From positions 1-64,000 of the forward strand of contig NZ_LSUQ01000011.1 of assembly GCF_001642725.1 (NCBI RefSeq): 64,000 nt of DNA, in the 5' to 3' direction. This DNA is from Ferroacidibacillus organovorans (GTDB lineage Bacteria; Bacillota; Bacilli; Alicyclobacillales; SLC66). The notes beneath the pieces were generated by a model, which was not told where the DNA came from, ran no database searches, and worked only from the letters and a program-made list of their open reading frames with translations. A program made the position numbers and the translations under genes. Positions 20,572 to 29,570 of this stretch are shown piece by piece; positions within the stretch are counted from its first letter, which is position 1; each line of letters starts with the position of its first letter.

Positions 20572-21264
20572 TCATTTCGCGTTGCGCATCGCATCCATGG
20601 CGCGCCTGCGATAAAGTTGAATATGACGTTTTGCCGACTCACCGTCTTGCACGGCGATCGAGTCATAGAGCGCGCGATGAAGCGTAATCATCTCATCGCG
20701 AAAGTCTTCATCCATCAACAAGAGGTTCATCACGCCTGTGAGCGGTTGGTAAAGGATGCGCAAAAGGTTCACCGCAACCTCATTTCCCGCACACTCCGAG
20801 AGCGTAACGTGAAACTGCCGCTCGCACTCCATCATTCTTCCTGCGTCTTCACGACTCGCCTCCATCATAAAAAGCGTCTCCGAAAGAAATTCGCAGTCTT
20901 GACGCCGTCTGCGCTGTGTCGCTTGTTCAACGATGCCGCCTTCAAGCCACATCCCTACTTCAAGCAGCGCGCGTGCGTCAGACGCAGCCAATAGAATTGC
21001 GGCGTGAATCGGTCGCAAAAAGGAATCCAGAGAAAACGATTTAACGTAGATTCCATCACCGTGCCGGACCTCGATCAACCCCGCGCCGACGAGGACACTG
21101 CACGCTTCGCGAACCACCGCACGCGACACCGCAAACATCGTCGCGAGTTCTTCGAGCGTCGGCAACCGCTGCCCCGGCTGCCACTCACCTCTCATGATCA
21201 TCGACTCGATCTGGTCTGCTACGCGTACATAGCGCGTTTTAGATAAATTTTGCACATTTGCCAT
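20572..21264 (-). CDS. FadR/GntR-family transcriptional regulator
   Basis: GQRLP..EL..F.VSRAVVREA HTH and FCD domain (FH..L...GN). Confidence 0.9.
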   Translation of the reverse strand: MANVQNLSKTRYVRVADQIESMIMRGEWQPGQRLPTLEELATMFAVSRAVVREACSVLVGAGLIEVRHGDGIYVKSFSLDSFLRPIHAAILLAASDARALLEVGMWLEGGIVEQATQRRRRQDCEFLSETLFMMEASREDAGRMMECERQFHVTLSECAGNEVAVNLLRILYQPLTGVMNLLLMDEDFRDEMITLHRALYDSIAVQDGESAKRHIQLYRRRAMDAMRNAK

Positions 21265-21327
21265 ATGCGTATTGTATCGCGTTTGTAGACAAACGGGTAT
21301 GGTGAACTTTGCTTTGAATGCGCACGT

Positions 21328-21633
21328 TTAGCACAGATCTCCCTCATAACCGGTAAAGGCGACACGAAATGAATCCTCCACATCATCGTAATACACCGTA
21401 ATCGGTTCGCGAAGGAGTGCCGCAGTAAATGGATCAAACACAAATGGAATTCCTTTGACCTGAATCTCTTTGTCTCGTTTCATACGCTCATCCAGAGCGA
21501 TGCGAAGCCGCATCCCACCTCAGCCAGGCGACGCAGAAATGCGTACACACAAACCCTCTTCCTGCTCCTCTGCAAGCACGGATTGCAAACGCAAAGCACC
21601 CTGTTCAGATAGCTCAATCGAAAGTAAGCTCAA
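21328..21633 (-). CDS. HesB/IscA-like protein with in-frame TGA (predicted selenoprotein, 101 aa)
   Basis: GGAGGAG then TTG start. MSLLSIELSEQG...VRISASPG-TGA(21520-21522)-GGMRLRIALDE...YEGDLC is one continuous frame across two track ORFs. Confidence 0.85.
21481..21502 (-). promoter_or_regulatory. candidate bacterial SECIS hairpin
   Basis: CAU-CGCUC-[UGGAU]-GAGCG-U-AUG stem-loop starting 17 nt after the in-frame UGA. Confidence 0.65.
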
Positions 21634-22723
21634 AACTGTTCTCCTCCAGATCGTGCAGCATACGTACAAAAAGGCGCGCAAAAGGGAGCGGCGCTCGATC
21701 TTCACTCGACATCATTCTACACGAAGTAACGCATTCATCCGATGAAATGTGAACCTCAATCAAGCGCGCGCGCCACTTTTGATGTGAAAAAACATGCTCG
21801 TATACGCCGCGATCGCGCAGTTCAAGCGGTTTTTTTACGCCCCGCGCGGACAGTGCGTCCTGAATCCACGCATCCTGCACAGCCACTTGTTCATAGGCAT
21901 GCTCAACTAGTGGGAGTTGCCACAGGTTGGCAAGCAATCCAATGGCTGGTCGTTTCTCGATGGCCAGGCGGCCACCTTGCCGAATGGCCAGCGCCACAAA
22001 CTCCCTTGTCGGGATCGCCCCTTTGGGACGTTTAATCGGCAATTTGAGGTGGATGCCCTCTCGCAGCCCTGCGCATTCAACCGCGATCGGACACGCGTCA
22101 CACTGTGGATTTTTCGGCAAGCAAAGGGTTGCGCCAAGCTCCATCAGCGCTTGATTGAACTCTCCTGGGTCTGCCAGATGGACAAGCGTTTGGGCACGCT
22201 CTTTCATATAATTTCTAGCTTGCGCCGTCGCGAGATCCTCCTGAAACCCATCAACCCGCGACAAGACACGCATCACGTTTCCATCAACCGCCGGAAGCGC
22301 CTGGCCATATGCAATAGACATCACTGCGCCTAGTGTGTACTCACCCACACCCGGGAGACTGGCAAACGTTTTTGCGTCGCGCGGAACGTGGTTTCCATAG
22401 TGTTCCTGAAGCTCGCGCGTTGCTGAGACGAGATGGCGTAGTCTGCGATAGTAACCAAGCCCCTCCCAATACTTGAGCGCTTCCTCATCTGGCGCTTGCG
22501 CAAGCGCCTCAACCGTCGGAAACCGCTCAATAAATCGATTGTAATAGGGAATGACCGTCTCCACGCGTGTTTGCTGTAACATTACTTCAGAAACCCAAAT
22601 GAGATACGGGTCCTTTGTCTTGCGCCACGGAAGATCGCGCGCCACACTCCGAAACCAGACTGAGAGGGCGTCCGCGATACGCTGATCGCGCATTGCATCT
22701 TCGTCGATTTGTTTCCCTTCCAT
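21614..22723 (-). CDS. mutY: A/G-specific adenine glycosylase
   Basis: RDLPWR, WVSEVMLQQT, WEGLGYY, VDGNVMRV, NQALMELGA, Fe-S CX6CX2CX5C and a NUDIX-like C-terminal domain. Confidence 0.96.
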   Translation of the reverse strand: MEGKQIDEDAMRDQRIADALSVWFRSVARDLPWRKTKDPYLIWVSEVMLQQTRVETVIPYYNRFIERFPTVEALAQAPDEEALKYWEGLGYYRRLRHLVSATRELQEHYGNHVPRDAKTFASLPGVGEYTLGAVMSIAYGQALPAVDGNVMRVLSRVDGFQEDLATAQARNYMKERAQTLVHLADPGEFNQALMELGATLCLPKNPQCDACPIAVECAGLREGIHLKLPIKRPKGAIPTREFVALAIRQGGRLAIEKRPAIGLLANLWQLPLVEHAYEQVAVQDAWIQDALSARGVKKPLELRDRGVYEHVFSHQKWRARLIEVHISSDECVTSCRMMSSEDRAPLPFARLFVRMLHDLEENSFELTFD

Positions 22724-22764
22724 CGTCTATGCCATCCTTCACAAAATCCATTCATGTCATGTAC

Positions 22765-22794
22765 GTATGAACTCGTCTTTCCAACTTCATACTA
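22765..22794 (+). promoter_or_regulatory. candidate sigma-G promoter
   Basis: GTATG-N18-CATACTA upstream of the ORF at 22859. Confidence 0.55.
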
Positions 22795-22858
22795 GAAATA
22801 CGAATGCAAGCAAGATGTCGATCATGGAACGCATCACCCGACAGAAAGCAGGTTATCG

Positions 22859-23053
22859 ATGAGCGAATTTAAAGCAGCTCCACTTGAATCAAGTGATCTC
22901 TTTGCACTTCATCAAATGGAACAGGCATTAAGCGAAAAACTTGGAACCCCGATTGTGCTCGTCGCCTATTCCTCCAGCGAGGCAAAAGGAGACCGTTTCC
23001 ATCTCCAAGCAGACTACGTCAAGCAAAGCGCGTATGCGCAGCATGATTTGTAG
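22859..23053 (+). CDS. small hypothetical protein (64 aa)
   Basis: Isolated ORF with GCAGGT RBS. A..L...E..L......IVLVAY pattern. Confidence 0.65.
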   Translation: MSEFKAAPLESSDLFALHQMEQALSEKLGTPIVLVAYSSSEAKGDRFHLQADYVKQSAYAQHDL

Positions 23054-23187
23054 ACCATCTTATCGCTCAAGTTTACCATAGCTGCCCACACGCCGCGCAG
23101 TGTCTTCAAGGCAAACGGAGTGGCAAAAGATACCTCATTAACGCATGCCGGTTTTGGGAAACCTACGACCGACAGGAGGTGTTCGCC

Positions 23188-23382
23188 ATGTGGGGGATCG
23201 TAGATCGCGTTTACAATCCACGGCGTAACGTTCACAAGGGACTTGGCATGATGCCCACCCTTTTGTTGGGGGCAGGCGTCGGTATCGCTGCATGGGAGTT
23301 CGCCAAACGGCGTGCCACGCCCGAGATGACCACGACCAAAAGCATGATGAGCGCATCAAATGTCGACGAAGATCTGTTTTGA
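23188..23382 (+). CDS. small single-TM hypothetical protein
   Basis: AGGAGG RBS, glycine-rich TM (TLLLGAGVGIAAW), and a terminator hairpin downstream. Confidence 0.7.
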   Translation: MWGIVDRVYNPRRNVHKGLGMMPTLLLGAGVGIAAWEFAKRRATPEMTTTKSMMSASNVDEDLF

Positions 23383-23396
23383 TGTGTTTACTTTGC

Positions 23397-23425
23397 AAAG
23401 GGGCCTTGCTGAGCAAGGCCCCTTT
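23397..23425. terminator. terminator-like perfect inverted repeat
   Basis: AAAGGGGCCTTGCT-G-AGCAAGGCCCCTTT, 14-bp arms with a 1-nt spacer. Confidence 0.75.
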
Positions 23426-23536
23426 ACTCGAAAACAAAATTGGACTTCGCAGATTACCATTCAGCAGAAAAATGTGTATACTATCCTCATACATTATAAT
23501 GTTACTACAAATTCAATCGGATGCGAGGCGATCACG

Positions 23537-24265
23537 ATGCCATCCATGCGATCCGTCCACCCTCTCTACGTCCAACTGAAGGCGTCGCTGCTGGAGCGAA
23601 TCGAGTCAGGCGAATGGCCGTCTGGCCAAATGATTCCAACAGAGCAGGAGTTAACAACTCTTCACAATGTGTCGCGCACGACCGTGCGCCAAGCCATTCG
23701 CGATCTCGTTGATGCAGGTTATTTGATTCGCCAACAAGGCAGAGGCACCTTCGTTCAGCGAAAAGTGCACACGCAATCCACGCACTTATATGGTTTCATG
23801 GAAGAGTTGGAGCAGGCGAATCAGCCCATTTCCATACGCGAGTTTCAGGCCACCGTGATTCCGGTGAGCGAGCGCATCGCCTCTTTGCTGCGAATCACGC
23901 CACGGCAGAATGTGCTTTTCGTATCGCGGGTCATCTGTACGGATGGCGAGCCCCTCTTTTATGACGAGAGCTACCTCCCAGAAGACCTTCTGGCGCGAAT
24001 CCGCACACAAGGCGCCACGCGCTCTCTCTACAAACTGCTTGAGGCTGAAGGAATCTCCATCGCATCCGGTGAACAAACTGTAACCGCCGCCTTGGCAGGC
24101 CCCTTGCGCGCGACGCGGCTCGCGTGCCGGGCCGATGATCCTGTCCTGCACGTGGAGCGCATCACCGAAGATGGCGCGGGTCGCCCAGTCGAATACTCCT
24201 CCGTTTCTTATCGGGCCGACCGCTATGCGTTTGCGGTCAAGTTAACTCGCCAAGAGACGATTTAA
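23537..24265 (+). CDS. GntR-family (HutC/UTRA) transcriptional regulator
   Basis: PLYVQL..IPTEQEL...VSRTTVRQAI..GRGTFV and a UTRA domain. Confidence 0.92.
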   Translation: MPSMRSVHPLYVQLKASLLERIESGEWPSGQMIPTEQELTTLHNVSRTTVRQAIRDLVDAGYLIRQQGRGTFVQRKVHTQSTHLYGFMEELEQANQPISIREFQATVIPVSERIASLLRITPRQNVLFVSRVICTDGEPLFYDESYLPEDLLARIRTQGATRSLYKLLEAEGISIASGEQTVTAALAGPLRATRLACRADDPVLHVERITEDGAGRPVEYSSVSYRADRYAFAVKLTRQETI

Positions 24266-24354
24266 GTGAGCGTCAAAGAAAGAATGAGTAAAATTCGCAC
24301 ACCTATCCGATTCCAGCGTCACGCCGAAAGGAGACAGGGCATGTCCCGCTCACG

Positions 24355-25839
24355 ATGAAAGTTCGAGAAAACATCACTGCCAATCTCCCCCTCGCTGGAA
24401 TCTGCGCGAAAACCAATTACCACTGGTATGTCGTTGCCACGGTCTGTATCGGGGCGTTTATGGCGGCGCTTGACGGCAGCATCATTACCGTTGCCCTGCC
24501 AACGATCACCCGACAGTTTCACGTCACCTTGAGTGCGACAGCGTGGGTTGCACTCGCCTATCTCTTAACCTTGACGGCGCTGCTCACCGTGTTTGGGCGG
24601 ATTGCCGATCTCGTCGGAAGAAGACCGCTTTATACGATGGGCTTTGGAATCTTTATCGTGGGCTCCGCGCTCTGTGGCGCCGCCCAATCCCTCCCGTTTC
24701 TCATTGGCGCGCGCGTCTTACAAGCCGTCGGCGCCGTAATGCTTCAGGCGAACAGCGTCGCGATCATCACAGCGGCAGTTCCCTCGTCAGTGCGCGGAAA
24801 AGCGATCGGCATTCAGGGGTCGGCACTTGCTGTCGGATTGTCACTGGGGCCTGCGATCGGAGGGCTTCTGATCAGTGCATTCGGCTGGCGCTCCATCTTC
24901 TACGTCAACGTTCCTGTCGGCTTGATCGGCACGACGCTCGCCGCGCTCATTCTCCCGCTCGACCAGGAAAAGGATCAAGCAACAAGAGGCGTTTCTTTTG
25001 ACTATCTCGGTTCGCTATTGCTCGCAGTCTCGATCGTGTCCGTGATTCTTGGACTCAACCAAGGAAATGAGAAGGGTTTCGGTTCTCCTTACATTCTCTC
25101 ACTCTTTGCGTGCGGCGTTTTGAGTAGCGCTCTCTTTATTTGGCAAGAAAAACGTCACCGCGCGCCGTTGGTGGATCTGTCCCTTTTTAAAATCCCGACG
25201 CTAACGTGGGGAAACGTAAGCGGCTCACTCTCCTACGCACTCATGTACGGTATTCTTTACATCATCCCGTTTTATTTTGAAGAAGTTCGAAAAAATCCAT
25301 CTTCACTCTCAGGACTTCTCACCACGCCGCTTCCGATCGGCATGATGCTGCTCGCGCCAATGGCCGGACGCATCGCCGATCGACTGGGCTCTCGCATTCC
25401 AACGGTGGCAGGCATGACACTCGCCACACTTGGCGGTCTCTCTTTATTACTGTTATCTTCAACTGAGCCACTCGTATGGATCATTATCGCACTGCTCATT
25501 ATCGGCATGGGCATGGGGGTCTTTACGCCACCCAATAACAGTTCCGTCATGGGCAGTTCGCCGCGCAACCGATTGGGCGTAACCTCTGGACTTCTCAATA
25601 TGTCGCGCTCCCTTGGTCAAAGCTTCGGAATTGCGTTTGCGTTCGCGCTGTATCAAGGTGTAGTTTTAGCGGAAGGTTACTCTCCATTGAGTGCGCCAGC
25701 GCGCATCCTTTTGCCCGGTTTTCACATCGCATTCGCCGGTGTCACGGCGCTCGGACTCATGGCGGCGCTAATTTCCATGTTTCGCGGCAAGGTTCAACCA
25801 CTTGCAGATGCGGATCGCGAACACACCATCGAACTCTGA
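24355..25839 (+). CDS. MFS DHA2-family efflux transporter
   Basis: About 14 TM segments, LDGSIITVALP, GRIADLVGRR and WRSIFYVNVP motifs. Confidence 0.92.
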   Translation: MKVRENITANLPLAGICAKTNYHWYVVATVCIGAFMAALDGSIITVALPTITRQFHVTLSATAWVALAYLLTLTALLTVFGRIADLVGRRPLYTMGFGIFIVGSALCGAAQSLPFLIGARVLQAVGAVMLQANSVAIITAAVPSSVRGKAIGIQGSALAVGLSLGPAIGGLLISAFGWRSIFYVNVPVGLIGTTLAALILPLDQEKDQATRGVSFDYLGSLLLAVSIVSVILGLNQGNEKGFGSPYILSLFACGVLSSALFIWQEKRHRAPLVDLSLFKIPTLTWGNVSGSLSYALMYGILYIIPFYFEEVRKNPSSLSGLLTTPLPIGMMLLAPMAGRIADRLGSRIPTVAGMTLATLGGLSLLLLSSTEPLVWIIIALLIIGMGMGVFTPPNNSSVMGSSPRNRLGVTSGLLNMSRSLGQSFGIAFAFALYQGVVLAEGYSPLSAPARILLPGFHIAFAGVTALGLMAALISMFRGKVQPLADADREHTIEL

Positions 25840-25930
25840 TTGATGAAAAAAGCAATAAACGTCGACCTGAGTATCCCCGCACAGGCGAGCATTCAGGCCG
25901 ACGCTTTTATCATCGATTCATTGCGTGAGT

Positions 25931-26182
25931 TTATGCTTTGAGTGAAGAAAAGAAAACGTACGCGACGAGGGGAAGCGCGAGAAAGACATAAATGCGCAAT
26001 GCCCACATCAGGGTGAGCACGCCTCGACCCAACTTCTTTTTCCCATACGGCACGGCGCGATATTGGCTCAATTGAGAGGGTTCAAGCACAGCAGATAACT
26101 TCTTCAGTTCTGCCTGATCCTGACTTGATGGGTTTTGCACGCCAGACCCAAGCTCTTCTACCGTGAAAGACATTTTCCTCAC
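25931..26182 (-). CDS. small hypothetical membrane protein
   Basis: 83 aa with a C-terminal TM (LMWALRIYVFLALPLVAYVFF). Confidence 0.65.
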   Translation of the reverse strand: MRKMSFTVEELGSGVQNPSSQDQAELKKLSAVLEPSQLSQYRAVPYGKKKLGRGVLTLMWALRIYVFLALPLVAYVFFSSLKA

Positions 26183-26282
26183 CCCACTGTTTCACCAATT
26201 TTGCTGTCTTTAGAATACCACCACTTTTAACTGAAGGCAAAACTTTTTCCTAAGCACAACATTGTTGTATGCAGGAAAGCGA

Positions 26283-26317
26283 CAAAATGTGTTGAATCTT
26301 CGATTCAACACATTTTG
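26283..26317. repeat. perfect 16-bp inverted repeat between divergent genes
   Basis: CAAAATGTGTTGAATC-TTC-GATTCAACACATTTTG. Confidence 0.85.
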
Positions 26318-26383
26318 ACACCTCACGTGCAATACGCTAGGATTTGTACGCACTACGATGCTTGAATGGAAGGGAGGCTTACT

Positions 26384-27604
26384 ATGAGTTATCGAGAACT
26401 CGAGGATGGTTTCCTTGTCACACTCGCGCTCATCGTTTCTTCACAGCTCCTCGTCATTCTCATTTCTCTGATCAGCAATCAGTTTCGCCGACAACGAAAG
26501 CTCTCCATTACGAATCAACCACCTGTCGAATCGGTGATTGACGGCAATCAGATCACAATCTACACATACGGAATGGACTTCTATCATGCCCTTCTACGTG
26601 ACATCACGCAGGCGAAGGATATTATTTGCATTGAATCCTTTATCTGGAAAGATGATGCGGTTGGACAACAAATCAAAGAACTTCTGGCCAAAAAAGCGCG
26701 CGAGGGCGTAACTGTTTATGTTGTTTTTGACGCGTTTGCAAACCTCGTCGTACCGCGTCCCTTTAAACAGTTTTCTGCTGACATTCACCTTTACCGCTAT
26801 CGCGCCTGGCAAAGATTTCTCGATCTGTTCGATCCACGCCGGCTCGCGCGCGACCACCGTAAACTCGCCATCATTGACCGCACAATCAGTTATGTCGGTG
26901 GTTTTAACATCGGCGAGTTGTATGGACGAAAGTGGCGCGATACGCATGTACGTATAGAGGGGAGCTCCTCTCACAACCTTTTTGCGGCATTCGCTGATTT
27001 TTGGAATGCGCAAGCGCATAAACTTCCGAAGCTGAAAACTGAGCGCGCATCCCTTTCGCCCTATATCCGTCCCTATGTAAATAATCCGCAACGCATCCTC
27101 TTTCCGATTCGTTCCATGTACATTGAAGCGATTGATCTGGCTAAAGAGCACATCTTTTTGACGACCCCTTATTTCGTGCCAGACCGCGTTGTTCTATCCG
27201 CACTTATCGATGCGGCTGATCGAGGCGTACAAGTCTCTCTGCTCGTCCCCGAACGCTCCAACCATCTTCTGGCGGATTGGCTGGCGCGAACGTATTTTAC
27301 TGATTGTCTGAAACGGGGCATTCGCATCTATTTGTACCAAGGGGCAATGATTCACGCCAAAACGGCGACCGTCGATGGAAAATGGACCACAATCGGAACG
27401 GCAAATCTTGATCGGTTGAGCCTCTTTGGAAATCACGAGATTAACGTGGAGTTTTTTAGTGAAGAGGTTGCGACGCACATGGAGGGGATGTTCGAATACG
27501 ATCTCAAGGCGTGCCGCGAATTGAGTCTCGATGAGTGGAACCGCCGACCAATGACTCAGAAACTCGGTGAACTCGTGCTATCCCCTCTCTGGCCCTTTCT
27601 ATAG
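26384..27604 (+). CDS. cardiolipin synthase-like phospholipase D
   Basis: Two HKD motifs (HRKLAIID, HAKTATVD), WRDTH, TPYFVP and GTANLD. Confidence 0.9.
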   Translation: MSYRELEDGFLVTLALIVSSQLLVILISLISNQFRRQRKLSITNQPPVESVIDGNQITIYTYGMDFYHALLRDITQAKDIICIESFIWKDDAVGQQIKELLAKKAREGVTVYVVFDAFANLVVPRPFKQFSADIHLYRYRAWQRFLDLFDPRRLARDHRKLAIIDRTISYVGGFNIGELYGRKWRDTHVRIEGSSSHNLFAAFADFWNAQAHKLPKLKTERASLSPYIRPYVNNPQRILFPIRSMYIEAIDLAKEHIFLTTPYFVPDRVVLSALIDAADRGVQVSLLVPERSNHLLADWLARTYFTDCLKRGIRIYLYQGAMIHAKTATVDGKWTTIGTANLDRLSLFGNHEINVEFFSEEVATHMEGMFEYDLKACRELSLDEWNRRPMTQKLGELVLSPLWPFL

Positions 27605-27675
27605 TCACAGGAATTTTAATTCTATTAAATGGAGTCTTGATGTCCAGATACTTTACAACTATACTTAACCCGAAA

Positions 27676-27693
27676 TATACCCGTAAGGGTATA
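27676..27693. promoter_or_regulatory. CsoR/CstR-type operator
   Basis: TATACCC-GTAA-GGGTATA palindrome just upstream of the RBS of the DUF2892 gene. Confidence 0.65.
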
Positions 27694-27710
27694 AGAAAGA
27701 GGTGTATGAA

Positions 27711-27929
27711 ATGTTTGTATGTAGCGGAAAAGGTTCTACAATTCGGTTACTAGCAGGAATTTTCTTTTGGGTCTCTATTTTACTGGGGTTATTTGTGAAT
27801 AAATATTTAATGATCATTGGAGGGCTACCCGCGACGATGCTAATTGTATCGTATTTAACTGGATGGTGTCCTACAGAAATGCTTCTAAAATTGTTTGGAG
27901 CAAAAGAACAAAAAAGAATCTTAAAATAA
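27711..27929 (+). CDS. YgaP/DUF2892-like small membrane protein
   Basis: IRLLAG..two TMs..TGWCP...L..FG motif. Markedly AT-rich. Confidence 0.75.
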   Translation: MFVCSGKGSTIRLLAGIFFWVSILLGLFVNKYLMIIGGLPATMLIVSYLTGWCPTEMLLKLFGAKEQKRILK

Positions 27930-27935
27930 ACGAAA

Positions 27936-27979
27936 AGTAATACACGATGGAGTAGGTACCTACTCCATCGTGTATTACT
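27936..27979. repeat. 44-bp perfect palindrome between convergent genes (probable bidirectional terminator)
   Basis: AGTAATACACGATGGAGTAGGT|ACCTACTCCATCGTGTATTACT with no spacer. Confidence 0.9.
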
Positions 27980-28013
27980 CATCATTGAGTATGCTTTTGG
28001 CAACCATTGGTTG

Positions 28014-29534
28014 TTAATACACTGGGTCAGCGAATTCCTCGAGTTTCTTAAAGGAGTGATCATCCACGTCCGCATGCAGACTGTTGCCGTGACTGTCCAT
28101 CGTTACAATGGCCGGAAACCCATCCACCTGAAGGTGCCACATCGCCTCTGGAATTCCAAACTCTTCGAGATAATCCACACCGTCTACCGCCTCAACGCTT
28201 TTCGCGTAATACTGCGCCGCGCCGCCGATCGCATTGAGATAGACCGCGCCTGACGCTTTCAGTCCGGCGAGCGTTTTTGCACCCATGCCGCCTTTGCCCA
28301 TGACGACGCGCAGGCCAAATTTTTGGATGATCTCCGCTTGATATGGCTCTTCGCGCGCGCTAGTGGTGGGCCCTGCCGCCTTTACGTGCCACTTGCCTTC
28401 GTCATCCTTCATCATGACGGGTCCACAGTGGTAGAGCACACCGCCTTCAAGTGACACTGGCGCATCGTGATCCATCAAATACTTGTGGATTGCATCACGC
28501 CCCGTATGCATTTCTCCGCTGATCAAAACCACATCACCGACGTGGAGCGCGCGAATCTCTTCTTCTGAAATGGGCGCTCGCAACACCTTTACCTTATCTG
28601 AAAAACCCGCAAATTCTTTGCGTTTGAGGTCGGATGTGCCCTGTTTGTAAATCCAGTTGAGAATCTCTCCGGTGCGCGGGTCAATGCGCACGCCCTGCCG
28701 ACGAAAAGCCCAGCAGTTGTACGCAACGGAAACGAAGAAACTCGCAGGAAGTCGATTTTGAACGCCGATCTTACAACCGAGCAAAGAGATGCGGCCGCCG
28801 AATCCCATCGTTCCCACACCCAATTCATTGGCGTGTTCCATGATGTACGATTCGAGTTCAGCAAGCTCTTTAATCGGGTTATGATCGTCAAGATGGCGGA
28901 ATAACTGCTCTTTGGCGTGCTGATAACCGGACGTTCGATCGCCACCGATCGAGACCCCAATAAATCCTGCACTACAGCCTTGCCCCTGCGCCTGGTACAC
29001 CGCGTGCATGATGCATTTGCGGATGCCGTCGAGATCACGCCCCGTTTTTCCAAGTCCAGGAAGCTCCATCGGCAGACTGTACTGGATGTTCTTGTTTTCA
29101 CACCCACCGCCTTTGAGAATCAGTCGGACATCAATCTCATCGTTTTCCCATTGGTGAAAGTGGATGACCGGTGTCCCAGGGCCCAGATTATCACCCGTAT
29201 TTTTCCCCGTCAGAGAGTCAACCGAGTTTGTGCGCAGTTTGCCAAGGCGCGTCGCCTCGGCAACCGCCGCTTTGATCTGACGCTCCATCACGATCTGGTT
29301 CGCGCCGACTGGCGTATGCACTTCAAACGTAGGCATTCCTGTATCCTGACAGATTGGTCCCTGTTCCTCTTCGGCCAGTAAAACATTCTCAACGATCGTC
29401 TCTAAAGCAAGCGCCGCGCGCGACCCGATCTCTTCCCGAATCTGCGCCTGTTCAACCGCCCGGCGCACGTCAGGAGGAAGATTGGTCGACGTGTCAATAA
29501 TCAATTTCAGTAGGCTCTCTTCAAAATGTTCCAC
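28014..29534 (-). CDS. fumA: class I (Fe-S) fumarate hydratase
   Basis: PICQDTG, KGGGCEN, TGRDAIH, AGPTTSAR, GKGGMG and MDSHGNSL motifs. Confidence 0.92.
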   Translation of the reverse strand: MEHFEESLLKLIIDTSTNLPPDVRRAVEQAQIREEIGSRAALALETIVENVLLAEEEQGPICQDTGMPTFEVHTPVGANQIVMERQIKAAVAEATRLGKLRTNSVDSLTGKNTGDNLGPGTPVIHFHQWENDEIDVRLILKGGGCENKNIQYSLPMELPGLGKTGRDLDGIRKCIMHAVYQAQGQGCSAGFIGVSIGGDRTSGYQHAKEQLFRHLDDHNPIKELAELESYIMEHANELGVGTMGFGGRISLLGCKIGVQNRLPASFFVSVAYNCWAFRRQGVRIDPRTGEILNWIYKQGTSDLKRKEFAGFSDKVKVLRAPISEEEIRALHVGDVVLISGEMHTGRDAIHKYLMDHDAPVSLEGGVLYHCGPVMMKDDEGKWHVKAAGPTTSAREEPYQAEIIQKFGLRVVMGKGGMGAKTLAGLKASGAVYLNAIGGAAQYYAKSVEAVDGVDYLEEFGIPEAMWHLQVDGFPAIVTMDSHGNSLHADVDDHSFKKLEEFADPVY

Positions 29535-29570
29535 GCTTATTCACTCGTTTCATAAGTGAGGTAGATACGT

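Noticed and set aside
26234..26290. c-di-GMP-I riboswitch suggested by GGCAAA
   Set aside because: It lacks the GAAA tetraloop and GACGCAAA/receptor arrangement, so it is kept only as an unexplained structure.
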